This document shows, in pieces, positions 26,401 through 38,092 of a DNA stretch of 39,590 nt. A program made the position numbers and the translations under genes. Position 1 is the stretch's first letter. Every line of letters starts with the position of its first letter. Origin of the DNA: Octopus bimaculoides (lineage: Eukaryota); the NCBI RefSeq assembly GCF_001194135.2, contig NC_068981.1:140964643-141004232 (forward strand). The letters are read 5' to 3'. The notes below the pieces were generated by a model. The model searched no databases and was not told the DNA's origin. It saw only the letters and a list, made by a program, of their open reading frames with translations.

Positions 26401-26659
26401 TGGTTTTGAAGTTTCTTCACTATTGAAAAAGCGATATTATAAATATGCTANNNNNNNNNNNNNNNNNNNNNNNNNNNNNNNNNNNNNNNNNNNNNNNNNN
26501 NNNNNNNNNNNNNNNNNNNNNNNNNNNNNNNNNNNNNNNNNNNNNNNNNNNNNNNNNNNNNNNNNNNNNNNNNNNNNNNNNNNNNNNNNNNNNNNNNNNN
26601 NNNNNNNNNNNNNNNNNNNNNNNNNNNNNNNNATATATGTATATTGCGAAAATATTTTC

Positions 26660-27205
26660 TATTGATTTTATGGCTGATTCTGGCTGTTTCGCAGTGAGCT
26701 CTTCAGGCCTCCACCCATTGTCAAGCTGTTATGGTGCTGGCCGCCTTCCATGCCCCATTAGAATGATCATAAAGCATGACCTAGATGCCACAGGCTTCCT
26801 TTCCAAGCACGAGCAAGCAAGACTAGACAGAGGAGATAGTAGAAGGCTGGATGATATGACAGTCATCCCGTTCTGTAGCGGTAGAGCTATCATTTGCGAT
26901 GCCACATGCTGTGACACACTCCTCCAGCTGTAACTTGGTGTTATCAGCTACCAGCGGAGGCTCCGCTGCTCTTCAGCCTGTGAAAACAATTTTGAAGATA
27001 TCGGTGACTCTCCGACAGATTTATAGTGGATCCTGTGACAGTTGAGATCTCCAATCTTCTTGGACCCCGAGCCATATCTCTTCTCACCGCTATCAGGGCG
27101 GAGGTAGCTTTCCGCATGTGCGAGACAAGTGAATTTGAGTGGCTGCTTCAGTGCATCATCGTCGCTATCCTCCGGGGCAACGCCATTTTTTGTCTGCTGT
27201 TACCA
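26660..27205 (+). mobile_element. CRE-like non-LTR retrotransposon 3' end (CCHC finger + restriction-like endonuclease), 5'-truncated
   Basis: SSGLHPLSSC.GAGR / LDRGDSRRLDDMTVIPFCSGRAIICDATCCDT (degenerate DGKRPDG..WDxT) / LLGPRAISLL / EFEWLLQCIIVAILRGNA (CRE-type C-terminus). Ends in (AT)n. Confidence 0.82.
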
Positions 27206-28109
27206 CGAGAAATATATATATATACATGCATATACCCACAGACACACACGCACAGACACGCAGTCATACACACACACATGCACACTCACATATATATTGT
27301 GGCAGGCAAAATTTTCCGAAACACAATTTTCGTCTTCTGATTTGGTTTCGTGATTTTTAGCTTATATATAATTTGCTTGATGTTTATTTCTTCATTTATG
27401 AACTACAACTTTACCTACGTCGGTAACAAATGGAATTATCTAGGTGTAAAATAGACTTCAGTCTTACATTCTTAAGTAACAGGTTGATTCTCAATAAAAT
27501 TTCATCAGACAAAGTTATAAAATTAATCTCGAGATTCCTGCAGGCACTGCTAACTTATATTCCTTTCTTCACACAGGCTAAATACTTATTTAAATTCTCC
27601 CGCAGTTAAGTTTATCTTCTGATGATTACAGAATTATTAATCTTTTAGATTTCGAGGCAAAAACAAAGAAGATTTCAGATGGACAACTGGTGAGAGCTGA
27701 ATTCTGTTTCTTCGGCTACTGACTGGCCAATATGTCTTCAGGTTACAGTGTAATATAAATGCACTTCTTATTTTCTTAAACTTTAAATTAAACGGATAAT
27801 TAATATTTTTAAACAAACATTGATTGCATTTCTTGTCATTTCAGCTCACTAAGGTAATGCATTTGAAAAATATTAATACTACTAGCTGATTATTTCACCC
27901 TCCATGTGTTTGAATATTCTTCGCTATTCATCTTTAGATCAGATATCACTAATTAAAACGTATTTTTGAATACTGAAAATAATTTGAATATATCAGTTTA
28001 TATTAAATGAGATGATTTAAAATAAATGTAATGTAATTGTTAGAAAACTATATATACATATAATCGTACTATTTTTCTCTCTGTGTCTCACCCTCCTCTC
28101 TTTCTGTAA

Positions 28110-31100
28110 ATCAAGTTCATAGGAAACGATGTTTAAGCTGCTGCGGAAAGGTGTTTGCCCGTTACATCGGCCTGAGAATCCATCAAGGAAAGGTGTATCA
28201 GAAGAAAGTAATTCAACAACGCGGGTTGATAAACCATAAGACGTGTGACCAGAACCTCCTGGAAAATAACCATAGCGAGGTTCATTCCACAGTTGAATTG
28301 GAACAGTCAAAAATAGTGATAGGCGTGAAGAAAACAAAGATTAAATGGCCGAAAGCAAGTGACGCAAGGAGTTATGAAAAAATCGACAACGAGGTAGCAA
28401 TAATGACCACTAAATTCAAAGGCGACGACGAACAAAAACTCGAGAACCTGGCTAATACAATCTACCAGGAAGGAAAGAAAAGATTTGAACTGGAAACAAC
28501 AGGGTAGGTAGAATCAACGGCAAATAGCGGACCTTCGAGGAGAGAAAGACGGATCGCAAAGATTCGAGAAGAGAAGAAACTCAGAACCAGATGGAGGGAT
28601 GCAAAGGAGGAGGAAAGAGAAGGGCTAAAGCAGCTATATGAAGAGATAAAAAAGAGGCATCGAGAACTACTAAGAAAACAAAGAAGGAAGAGCAGAAGAA
28701 AGGAGAGAGAAAAGAACTATCGTAGCTTTGTGAACAATCCCTATCAATATGCGAAACAATTATTTACTAAAAATAAAAGCGGAAAATTGGATTGCACGAA
28801 AGAAGATCTCGAACAACATCTTAAAGAGACATACAGCGACTCTGACAAAAATGAAGTACTCCCAGAAATGCACAGACTGAAGAAACTACCCGAACGAAGG
28901 GTACTATTTGACGTAAGTGACAACAAACAGAAAGAAATGGATGAGTTTATAAGAAGCGCAAGAGCAAAATGTTCACCAGGGAATGATGGAGTGAGCTACA
29001 AGGTATATAAATATTGCCGGAAATTACGTTTGTAGCTGTTTACACTGATAAGAGAAATTTGGAAGAAGAAAGATGGAAGAAGAAGATGTTTAGCTTAAGG
29101 TATCTATCTACCTAAAGAGAAAGATGCAAAAACACTAGGACAATTTAGATCAATTTCATTATAAAATACTGACGGGAAAATCATGTTTGGAATTATTGCT
29201 AGACGAATCATAAGATTCGTACAGCATAACGGGTACGTTAATGAAGCAATCCAAAAAGCAGGAATCCCCGGAATCCCTGGGTGCATAGAACACGTATTTG
29301 CCATCTGGGAATGTATCACCTATGCAAAACAATTGATTCCAAAAGATGTTCAACGAATGCTCATGTCCTACTACGACAACTTGAGGATGAGATTTACAGC
29401 AGGAGAATTCACAACGGACTGGCAACGGTTTAAAGTAGGTATTGCAGCCGGATGCACGATATCAGTCAACTTATTCGTGCTAGTCATGGAAATCTTAATT
29501 AGATTTACAAACTGTGAGAAAGCTGTTACAAATACACCATTAAGGCCTTTTATAGACGACGTTACTGTATTATCGGAAAGTAGAGAAGCAACAGAGGGGA
29601 CGTTAGATCGGTTGGACGAACTGATAGGATGGGCAAGAATGAAACTCAAAGCCAAAAAATCTCGAAGCGTGACTTTCGTGAAAGAAGTGCAAGAAGAAAT
29701 GAAATTCAGGATAGGAGGTGAAGACATACCAACGGTGAAAGAACAACCAATTAAGAGTCTCGGCGGGTGGTATAGAGATTTATTAAATGATAAGAAGCAG
29801 GGGAAAGAAACACACGAGTTAGTAGAATAAGGATTAAAAGCAATTGACAAAACAACACTGCTGGGAAAATTCAAATGTTGGATACTGAAATTTCGGCTGT
29901 ACCCAAAGATGATGTGGCCATTGCAAAGTACGAAATAGCCGCGAGTAGAGTAGAAAAGATGGAACAAAGATGCACTGTGTTTATCAGAAAATGGCTTGTT
30001 CTACTGAAACCACTGAATACAACTGCACTATATGGGAAACTCGTGCTGCAACTACCAATAACATCAATCACCGAAGAATATAAGGCAGGAAAGGCAAAGG
30101 CAGTAATGATGCTAAGGGCATCTGCGAAAACCCTCCAAAGGTACGAGCAGGAAGGAAATGGAATGCGGAAGAGGCAGTAACCAGGGCGATCGGAATACTA
30201 AGGCACACCAATATAGTCGGAGCTACACAAGAACCAAGAGCCGACCTAGGGTCGCACAATTTCAGGCCATTTTGCAAGAACAGTATAAAAGAGATGAAAG
30301 AGGCAGTGGTACACGAAGTAAGAAAGGAGGAAGAAGAAAGTCAAATTGTAAATTTGGTGCAATGTACTCAACAGGGACAGTGCCTGAGATGAGAGTAAAA
30401 TATGGTCAGTCGCAGAATCTTATGGAAGGAACTTTGGGATTGGGAACAAGCAAGAACAACCTTCCTGATCAAGTCTACCTTCGACGTTCTACCCTCACTG
30501 GCGACTTTAGTCCGGTGGAACATAAAAACAACCGATGAATGTAGATGTGGAGAGAAAGCGATGGTGAGACATGTTCTGTCAAACTGCAGACTAGCACTAG
30601 AAAGGTATACATGGCGCCATAATCAAGTCCTCGGCGTCATTAGCGCAACACTGAAGGAGAAAATCGAGGGATACAATAGGGGATAGTACCCAAAAGGGGA
30701 AAAGCGCAGGAAAATATACTTCCAGAAGGAGGGAAAAGGACATAAGACCAGGCCTCAACATAAAACATACGAGATAGACGAAAGATGGAAGGGACACTGG
30801 GAGCTGGCCACGGATTTGGAAAGACTAGTAGTATTTCTACTCATAAAAACGACAAAAAGACCAGACAAAGTCCTATGGGACAGAGAACGGAGAATAGGAA
30901 TTTTGCTAGAACTGACAGTGCCATGGGAAGAGAACATCAACAGTGCAGAGTAACGAAAAGAGAAGTACGAAAAAACTAATCGAAGAATGCAGAGAACAGG
31001 AATGGACTGTCGCGTATTACCACGTGGCAGTGGGGGCTAGGGGCTTAATTGAAAGAACAAGGACAACGATATTCAAAAGATTTGCATTTTCTAGTTCGGA

Positions 31101-31218
31101 ACTGAGAAAACTAATAAGGAGAATACAGGAGGCGGTCAAAAACGCCAGCTTTTATACATGGCTGAAGCGGGAAGACCAACAATGGCTTGAAAGTCATAAC
31201 ATGCCCGCAGGTGAATGA
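28110..31218 (+). mobile_element. HERO-clade non-LTR retrotransposon (N-terminal Zn finger, RT, CCHC, RLE), near full-length pseudogene
   Basis: SCCGKVFARYIGLRIHQ; QKAGIPGIPGCIEH; VGIAAGCTISVNLF; RPFIDDVTV; WARMKLKAKKSRS; LGKFKCW; TTALYG; CRCGEKAMVRHVLSNCRLALERYTWRHNQVL; RPDKVLW...LELTVPWEEN...RKREKY; AVGARG. This motif order is characteristic of HERO. Multiple stops and frameshifts. Confidence 0.92.
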
Positions 31219-31529
31219 TGGTGGTCTTGGTACTAGTGGAGGGGGAGGGACACCACATGCAAAGTTACCATCATCAATTAACCCCCATGAGCAGCACTGC
31301 AAATCAATCTCCAATGCTTCTTCATGCCTGTCTACTCGTTCACTCTCACTCCTATTACATAACCACACGTGTGTGTGTATATATATATATATATATCTAT
31401 ATACATATATACACCCCCCCCACCCACACATATATATCTATATGAGTTTTTTTCAGTTTCCATCTAGCAAATCCACTNNNNNNNNNNCCCCACCCACACA
31501 TATATATCTATATGAGTTTTTTTCAGTTT

Positions 31530-31612
31530 CCATCTAGCAAATCCACTCTCAAAGTTTTGGTCAGCCCATGTGGTTGTGAAGCAAACTTCTTAACTACACA
31601 GCCACTCATGCA
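31530..31612 (-). mobile_element. Internally deleted SINE fragment
   Basis: ccatctagcaaatccactctcaaagttttggtcagccc and catgtggttgtgaagcaaacttcttaactacacagccac resemble two ends of a cephalopod SINE I recall. Confidence 0.55.
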
Positions 31613-31999
31613 GACAATGACAAAATAGATACAGGACTCAAATATTAACACAAATATCAAGAGACAAAATCGTCCTGAATCTCTAAAAATATTAGCAGCC
31701 ATTGCAGGTCTCTGCAGTCAACTCGGAATTTCCTTTGAGAACAAGTGTGGACACACCGGCTATGGAGATGAGTACTCGTTTAAGTTTGGTCTTACCAACA
31801 GCACATTTCTCGCATACTCTCAACAAGCTATGAATCTGAACGAGCTAGGAAATTTCATCGGAGACCTCCACTTGAGTTGCTTCTGGCCGAAACACTTTGT
31901 TTCATTTTCTTCTGGACATCTCAGCAACTGATGTTGACAAACTGTCGGCGATATGGAGGGGAAGGTTTTCTTCTCTTCGTTGCAAACACGTCTTAATTC

Positions 32000-32650
32000 C
32001 ATCATAACCAGCTGCCGTCTGACCACTTCCGCTCACCATTGCGCATGCTCACCATTGCGCATGCTCACCATTGCGCATGCTCACCATTGCGCATGCTCAC
32101 CATTGCGCATGCTCACATCCGCGCTTCCGTCCGCACGGACTCCAGACAAACCAAAACGTTCTCTCACTTTCGCCTTAATTACAGCTTCTATTCAATACTT
32201 CGTGTGTTTACTTTTGCTGTCTCGGACAATTTCTCACTGGGTGAGACAGGCTGATACTGAAGTAGCTTTGCTGATTGACAGGTAACGGTCTCGCTCAAAG
32301 AATGCATGGGCGAAGACTACGCGCTCTCCGTTGTTCTGTTAAAGTTTAGACAGTGTCACGTGACAACTTAATGGGGCTGCAGTTATTTAAAGGGAAATTT
32401 CACAAGACAGTCAGTCATCCTCTGACACTCGTTGACGCTGCATCGAAGAGGCCAGTGAACAGAAAAAAGAGGGAGATAGAAGACATGCTCTCAACACCAG
32501 AGCTGAAGACACCTCCGAAAGGGGAGGGTGCGTCACGTCAAAACGGTAGAGGAGTAGGGGCCGAAACCGGACGTGGTTCCTCCTGATGAAGTCTTGAGCT
32601 AAGTGGATCCTATAAAGGAGCTGTTGTGATAGCAGACCACGAACCATGAT
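32000..32650. promoter_or_regulatory. CpG-rich candidate housekeeping-type (possibly bidirectional) promoter
   Basis: GC/CpG-enriched against an AT-rich background. 5x TGCGCATGCTCA (11/12 to NRF1 TGCGCATGCGCA); ETS cores CACTTCCG 32024-32031 and CTTCCG 32124-32129; palindromic E-box TGTCACGTGACA 32354-32365; CRE-like CGTCACGTCA 32531-32540. Divergent splice donors on both sides. Confidence 0.55.
32031..32116. repeat. 16-bp minisatellite (GCTCACCATTGCGCAT) x5 perfect + 6 nt
   Basis: Units start at 32031, 32047, 32063, 32079 and 32095; partial unit at 32111. Confidence 0.98.
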
Positions 32651-34225
32651 TGAAACACCTTCGAAACGTACTTTTATTTCCAGGTTCAGCGCTCAAAATG
32701 TTTGGCAAGTGTCCACTATAACAATACCAGTACACCTCATCGCTTGCGAGTGAAATTTGGTGGACGGTAATTGTGCGGAAACCCATAGTAGGGACTCATC
32801 GATTACCTTTCACTACCGGATCTTGAACGCATTTATATGAACTCCTTGTAATATCAGCATTCATGCCAGCTAGATAGTATATATATAATCTCTTTTTCCT
32901 GCCAGCAATCTGCTAGAACGCGAAAGTTGTTGACTGCGATACTCTTCTTCCTCTGAATAAACTATAAAATATGCAATATGGAAAGTAGAGGAAACAAGTA
33001 AATGACTTCAATCAACAAAGGGAAGGAAATGTTAGCTGTCACAGTGGGTTTCGATTTGACACACATTTATTCATATTCTAAATATTGTGAATGATAATAA
33101 ACCTGTATTGTCATCAACTTGAATGACATGTAATATTCATTGTAATTCTTTAATAGACACAAGTTGAATAACAGACCATTTTATGTGTCATGTTGTACAT
33201 ACACGTATATAACAAAATATACAAGAGATTTCGAAAATCACTACATTTCTGTGATATGCGCTAAACACCAGAAACATTTTCGAAATGTCTATGGAGGCAA
33301 TGAGAAAATGGATGTTGGAAGCTTGAAGATGTATTTTCAGTGTTACTATAATCATTAAAAGTACTGTCTCTTCGACAAAGTATATGAAGAAAACCTCATA
33401 CATTACCAAGAGGTACGGGAAAAAAGAAAAACAAATCCTAGAATAATACTAAAGATACTTTGCTGGAGTAAGCCAATAGTACTCTCTTTAAAGATATTTA
33501 TATATAAACTCAGTAAATATGTTCATAAGGTAACGCATCATAAAAAATATACAAAAACTCACTGATAATAAATCACATACACCCGATATGATAACCCCGT
33601 TAAAATTTAGTGGAGCATATTAGGTTATGAATTATGAATCAATAAATAATCAAAAATGATATGTTGTTAGCGTGATATAGTACTTTTCATTTCCATGTAT
33701 TTCTGAAATGCATGTATATCTCAAACACGTTTTCCAGAATATCCTATAAAATCTAATGCAATCATTATATGGGAAATGCGTTCTCGTTTCATATTTGCCT
33801 TGTTCAACACATTTCACATATCAATAATCTGTATCGGGAATTTCTTAACAATAGGCACAATAGCGATAATTTAGGAAACTATAGAATATCATTTTATATA
33901 TGTCATTATACAAGTATATGTGCGCGCATGTGAATGTGTTTATATATATATATATATNNNNNNNNNNNNNNNNNNNNNNNNNNNNNNNNNNNNNNNNNNN
34001 NNNNNNNNNNNNNNNNNNNNNNNNNNNNNNNNNNNNNNNNNNNNNNNNNNNNNNNNNNNNNNNNNNNNNNNNNNNNNNNNNNNNNNNNNNNNNNNNNNNN
34101 NNNNNNNNNNNNNNNNNNNNNNNNNNNNNNNNNNNNNNNNNNNNNNNNNNNNNNNNNNNNNNNNNNNNNNNNNNNNNNNNNNNNNNNNNNNNNNNNNNNN
34201 NNNNNNNNNNNNNNNNNNNNNNNNN

Positions 34226-34264
<39 letters not shown>

Positions 34265-35181
34265 TATATATTGGTAAACACAGATATGTTACATAAACAT
34301 ACGCAAACATATGCACGCACAAACATTTGATAAACGCACACATGCACTTTCACACACATATATACGTATTTACATGCATGCACATATCTCCACACTCATT
34401 CAATCTTACACGAACAAGCATACGCACATGCATGTACATATGTTTACAAGTGAGCTTGCTTTTCTGATATATTGAGAATTCGAGGAATAACACAGTACGC
34501 TTTTCATTTGACTTGGGAATACCATTAACAAGTAATGGACAAATAAATCTGCCTATTAGTAAATGTAAAACCTACACATTAAAGAAAATATTATAACAAA
34601 TTGTACATAAACGGATAACATACCCAGGTTTCAAAGTCGATTTTGTTTTTGTCAACGACAAACAAATGATAATATCAAAAGTCTTTATATACAGAATAGA
34701 TATCGACAAGCAACACACGTTGTATAAAATGTTGTTGTGTACACACAGGCACGCGCATGCACACACACACTCACACACACGCACGCACGCACACAAACAA
34801 ACAAACATATATGTATATTTATATGTATATATATATAAAATATATCTTCAAGAATCATATGATCGGGAAATAGCAGCAGGGGAATTATGTTTAGATTATT
34901 AGTTTAATGCTACAAGAAAGAAATTGAATGGGAGTCGTTTCACATATCTACTATGGCTCTTCTTCAGTGAACAGTAAAGAAGAAAAAAATGTCTAAATTG
35001 ACACAAGGCACAGGAATAGAAAACGTTTCCTACAAAATAAATTTACCCGTGTAATTAATGTTATGGAAACGTGCAAATAAATGGCGGGCGTTAGTTATGG
35101 ATTGAGATGATTTTAACTTGCATGTATGCGTTTACTCTCTATGTTTTCACCTTTCTTCTATAAATCACTATTCTTTTCTAA

Positions 35182-35225
<44 letters not shown>
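35182..35225. repeat. (TATC)n microsatellite
   Basis: Direct reading. Confidence 0.95.
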
Positions 35226-36465
35226 AATATATATATATATATATATATATACATACANNNNNNNNNNNNNNNNNNNNNNNNNNNNNNNNNNNNNNNNNNN
35301 NNNNNNNNNNNNNNNNNNNNNNNNNNNNNNNNNNNNNNNNNNNNNNNNNNNNNNNNNNNNNNNNNNNNNNNNNNNNNNNNNNNNNNNNNNNNNNNNNNNN
35401 NNNNNNNNNNNNNNNNNNNNNNNNNNNNNNNNNNNNNNNNNNNNNNNNNNNNNNNNNNNNNNNNNNNNNNNNNNNNNNNNNNNNNNNNNNNNNNNNNNNN
35501 NNNNNNNNNNNNNNNNNNNNNNNNNNNNNNNNNNNNNNNNNNNNNNNNNNNNNNNNNNNNNNNNNNNNNNNNNNNNNNNNNNNNNNNNNNNNNNNNNNNN
35601 NNNNNNNNNNNNNNNNNNNNNNNNNNNNNNNNNNNNNNNNNNNNNNNNNNNNNNNNNNNNNNNNNNNNNNNNNNNNNNNNNNNNNNNNNNNNNNNNNNNN
35701 NNNNNNNNNNNNNNNNNNNNNNNNNNNNNNNNNNNATATATATATATATACAGGAAACAAGTAAAAAATAAAAGTCATTACATATATTCCCTAATTGGAG
35801 CAAATTTGGCATACAGCTGTTTCCAGTAGCCGTAGGTAATGTATCTGATATATCACTCTGTGTAAAAAACAGTTTGTCGGGAACCTATCGACGAATTTAC
35901 AATATAAAATTGTAATGTACCATAACCTTAGACACTCCCAAAAGCTTACCTAGATTCCTTCACTAACCTGAGTAATACTACTAGCCTGATGAGCCAACAG
36001 AGAGCTTATGTATGCTTCAATGCTTGCAAACATACATACATACATACATACATACATACATACGTACATAAAAACAGATATTTGTATATATATACCTTTG
36101 GTGACGGTGTTGTTCTCCATCGGCAAAAATTATTACGTGGGGGAATAGAAAATACGAATGTAGTGGCCTTGCCAATAAGACAGAGCAGAGTTTCACCTCT
36201 TGTGTGTTATGTTAAATTGACTACCAATATTTTCTTAACTAAGTCAACGTAAAACTTTCATTGATATCTCTTGTTACATATAATTGTGTGAGTTTATGTG
36301 TATATGTATGCATATATATATATATATATATATATATANNNNNNNNNNNNNNNNNNNNNNNNNNNNNNNNNNNNNNNNNNNNNNNNNNNNNNNNNNNNNN
36401 NNNNNNNNNNNNNNNNNNNNNNNNNNNNNNNNNNNNNNNNNNNNNNNNNNNNNNNNNNNNNNNNN

Positions 36466-36804
36466 AATGCAGGAGTCTTTTAAAATTATTTATTAACTTA
36501 ACCGGTTGCACTTATTTAAAAAGATTTCCAAAGGTAAGGTATGAGGCTGTGTGTATCCTTTGGGGTATCGAAAATGAGTTTACATATATGTATTCAAATC
36601 AAGGGACAGTATCTTTTATAATGATAAAAAAACATTTTGTTATCGTTATGAAAGATTCCATTACTTGATTTGTATACGGTTAAGTAAACTCATTTTTGAC
36701 GCCGCAAAGGATACACAAAGCCTCATACTTTACTTTTGAAAATCTTTTTTTTAAATAAGTGAAATTTGTTAAGTGAGTAAATACTTTTAAAAGACGCCTG
36801 CATT
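36466..36804. mobile_element. Foldback/MITE-like near-continuous hairpin (~165-bp arms, small loop near 36634)
   Basis: aatgcaggagtcttttaaaa...gtatgaggctgtgtgtatcctttg...aaaatgagtttac...ataatgataa pairs with ttatcgttat...gtaaactcattttt...caaaggatacacaaagcctcatac...ttttaaaagacgcctgcatt. Left end runs into the gap. Confidence 0.88.
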
Positions 36805-38092
36805 TTCAGATTCTTTCTCCTCTACACACATACGTATTCATATCGTTCTTTATATGTGAGTGTGCGTAAGAAGGTCTACGTAATTTTCACAAACACTTGT
36901 ACTAGACTATTATTACAAGTTTCCGAATTACAATAAAGGACAACTTCTGACTAATACTCTCAAAATGTTCTTAGCAAAGAAGCAAATCCATTTCTTACAT
37001 CCTAACTCCAGCTGCCTATACACATTTATTTTTATAAGTAAATGAATAATGTTAAATGTGCTTGGTTGTACTTTCTGTCAGAGTATTGTGTAGTTGTCGG
37101 TTTCTTTTCTTTGGTGCTGCATTGTTATAAATAAGAGTCAAAATACGAGTATATGTCAATCTTTATTAATAATTAGCAGAAGTATCAATGTGATTCAAGG
37201 TTCTGTAGTTCCCGCGTTGGCACTTATCAAAGTTTGATAAGTACAAACCCACGAAACTTTCGAACCATGTGTCACTCTGTTACTTCTGCTAAACATTAAT
37301 AAAGCCGATGGTTGTGGACGACTTTTTTCAGCAACCTACGAGGTTTATAGCCGTATTATTGAATTTACACACATACACACACATACACATATACATATAT
37401 ATGTATGTATGTATGTATGTATGCATGTATGTCTGTATGTATGTAGATATGCATATATGTATGGATGTATAAAAGAATATATTTAACTCTGTGTGTTTGC
37501 CAGCGCATGGGTTATGGATTCGATCAATTATATACGCAAAAAAGGAAGAACATTCCCTCGGCAAGAACATTTCCAGCAAACTTAACTTAATTATCAAGGC
37601 GATGTTTTGTGAATTCCAGTTGCGAAACAACTGATGGGCTTCAATATAGTTTGCAGTTATGCAATCTGATAAGTACAATTTTTACCTGGGTATAAAATAT
37701 GACAAAAACATTCGACATAAATATAACCCTTCATTTCACAAATGCATGAACAAAATGCCTTTTTAATTAAAAAAAATTTGAATCAGATTCACATTGCATT
37801 ATATATTTTCAGAGCATCGTAATATATATGCAGTGAATTCATAAATACACCATAGTTATTTGCAAAGTAATTTGCATTTAGAATTTGGAGTTTTCTTTTC
37901 TACGTAATTTATTTATGCCTACAGTAAGATAGTGATGAATAGAAAATATATAAAAAGTTTGACATTAAAGAAATAATGACTTTAAATTGGACACAACAAT
38001 GTGTCCAGTACACTTAAATCACAACGTTTTTGTATACCGATGTACACGTGCGTTCCTGATTGTATACATCCGTGTATGTATACAAAGACATG

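Noticed and set aside
29371-29967. 198-aa minus-strand ORF
   Set aside because: Antisense shadow of the HERO RT frame.
31418-31547. Exact 60-bp direct repeat (31418-31477 and 31488-31547)
   Set aside because: The copies are separated by exactly ten Ns, the signature of unmerged overlapping contig ends; assembly artefact.
32031-32116. CRISPR-like array
   Set aside because: Units are contiguous with no spacers, and the context is eukaryotic.
32564-32595. Hammerhead-like GAAAC...CTGATGA
   Set aside because: Stem I cannot form (only 4 nt between the cleavage triplet and CTGATGA) and stem II does not pair.
10102-36668. Long ORFs containing X and YI/TH/VC/MY runs
   Set aside because: Produced by N gaps and stop-free microsatellites.
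37222-38085. Short perfect hairpins (37222-37242, 38060-38085, ~37988-38007; also ~12952-12976)
   Set aside because: 8-10-bp stems are expected about once or more by chance in ~33 kb of AT-rich DNA; no Helitron CTRR end at the expected distance.
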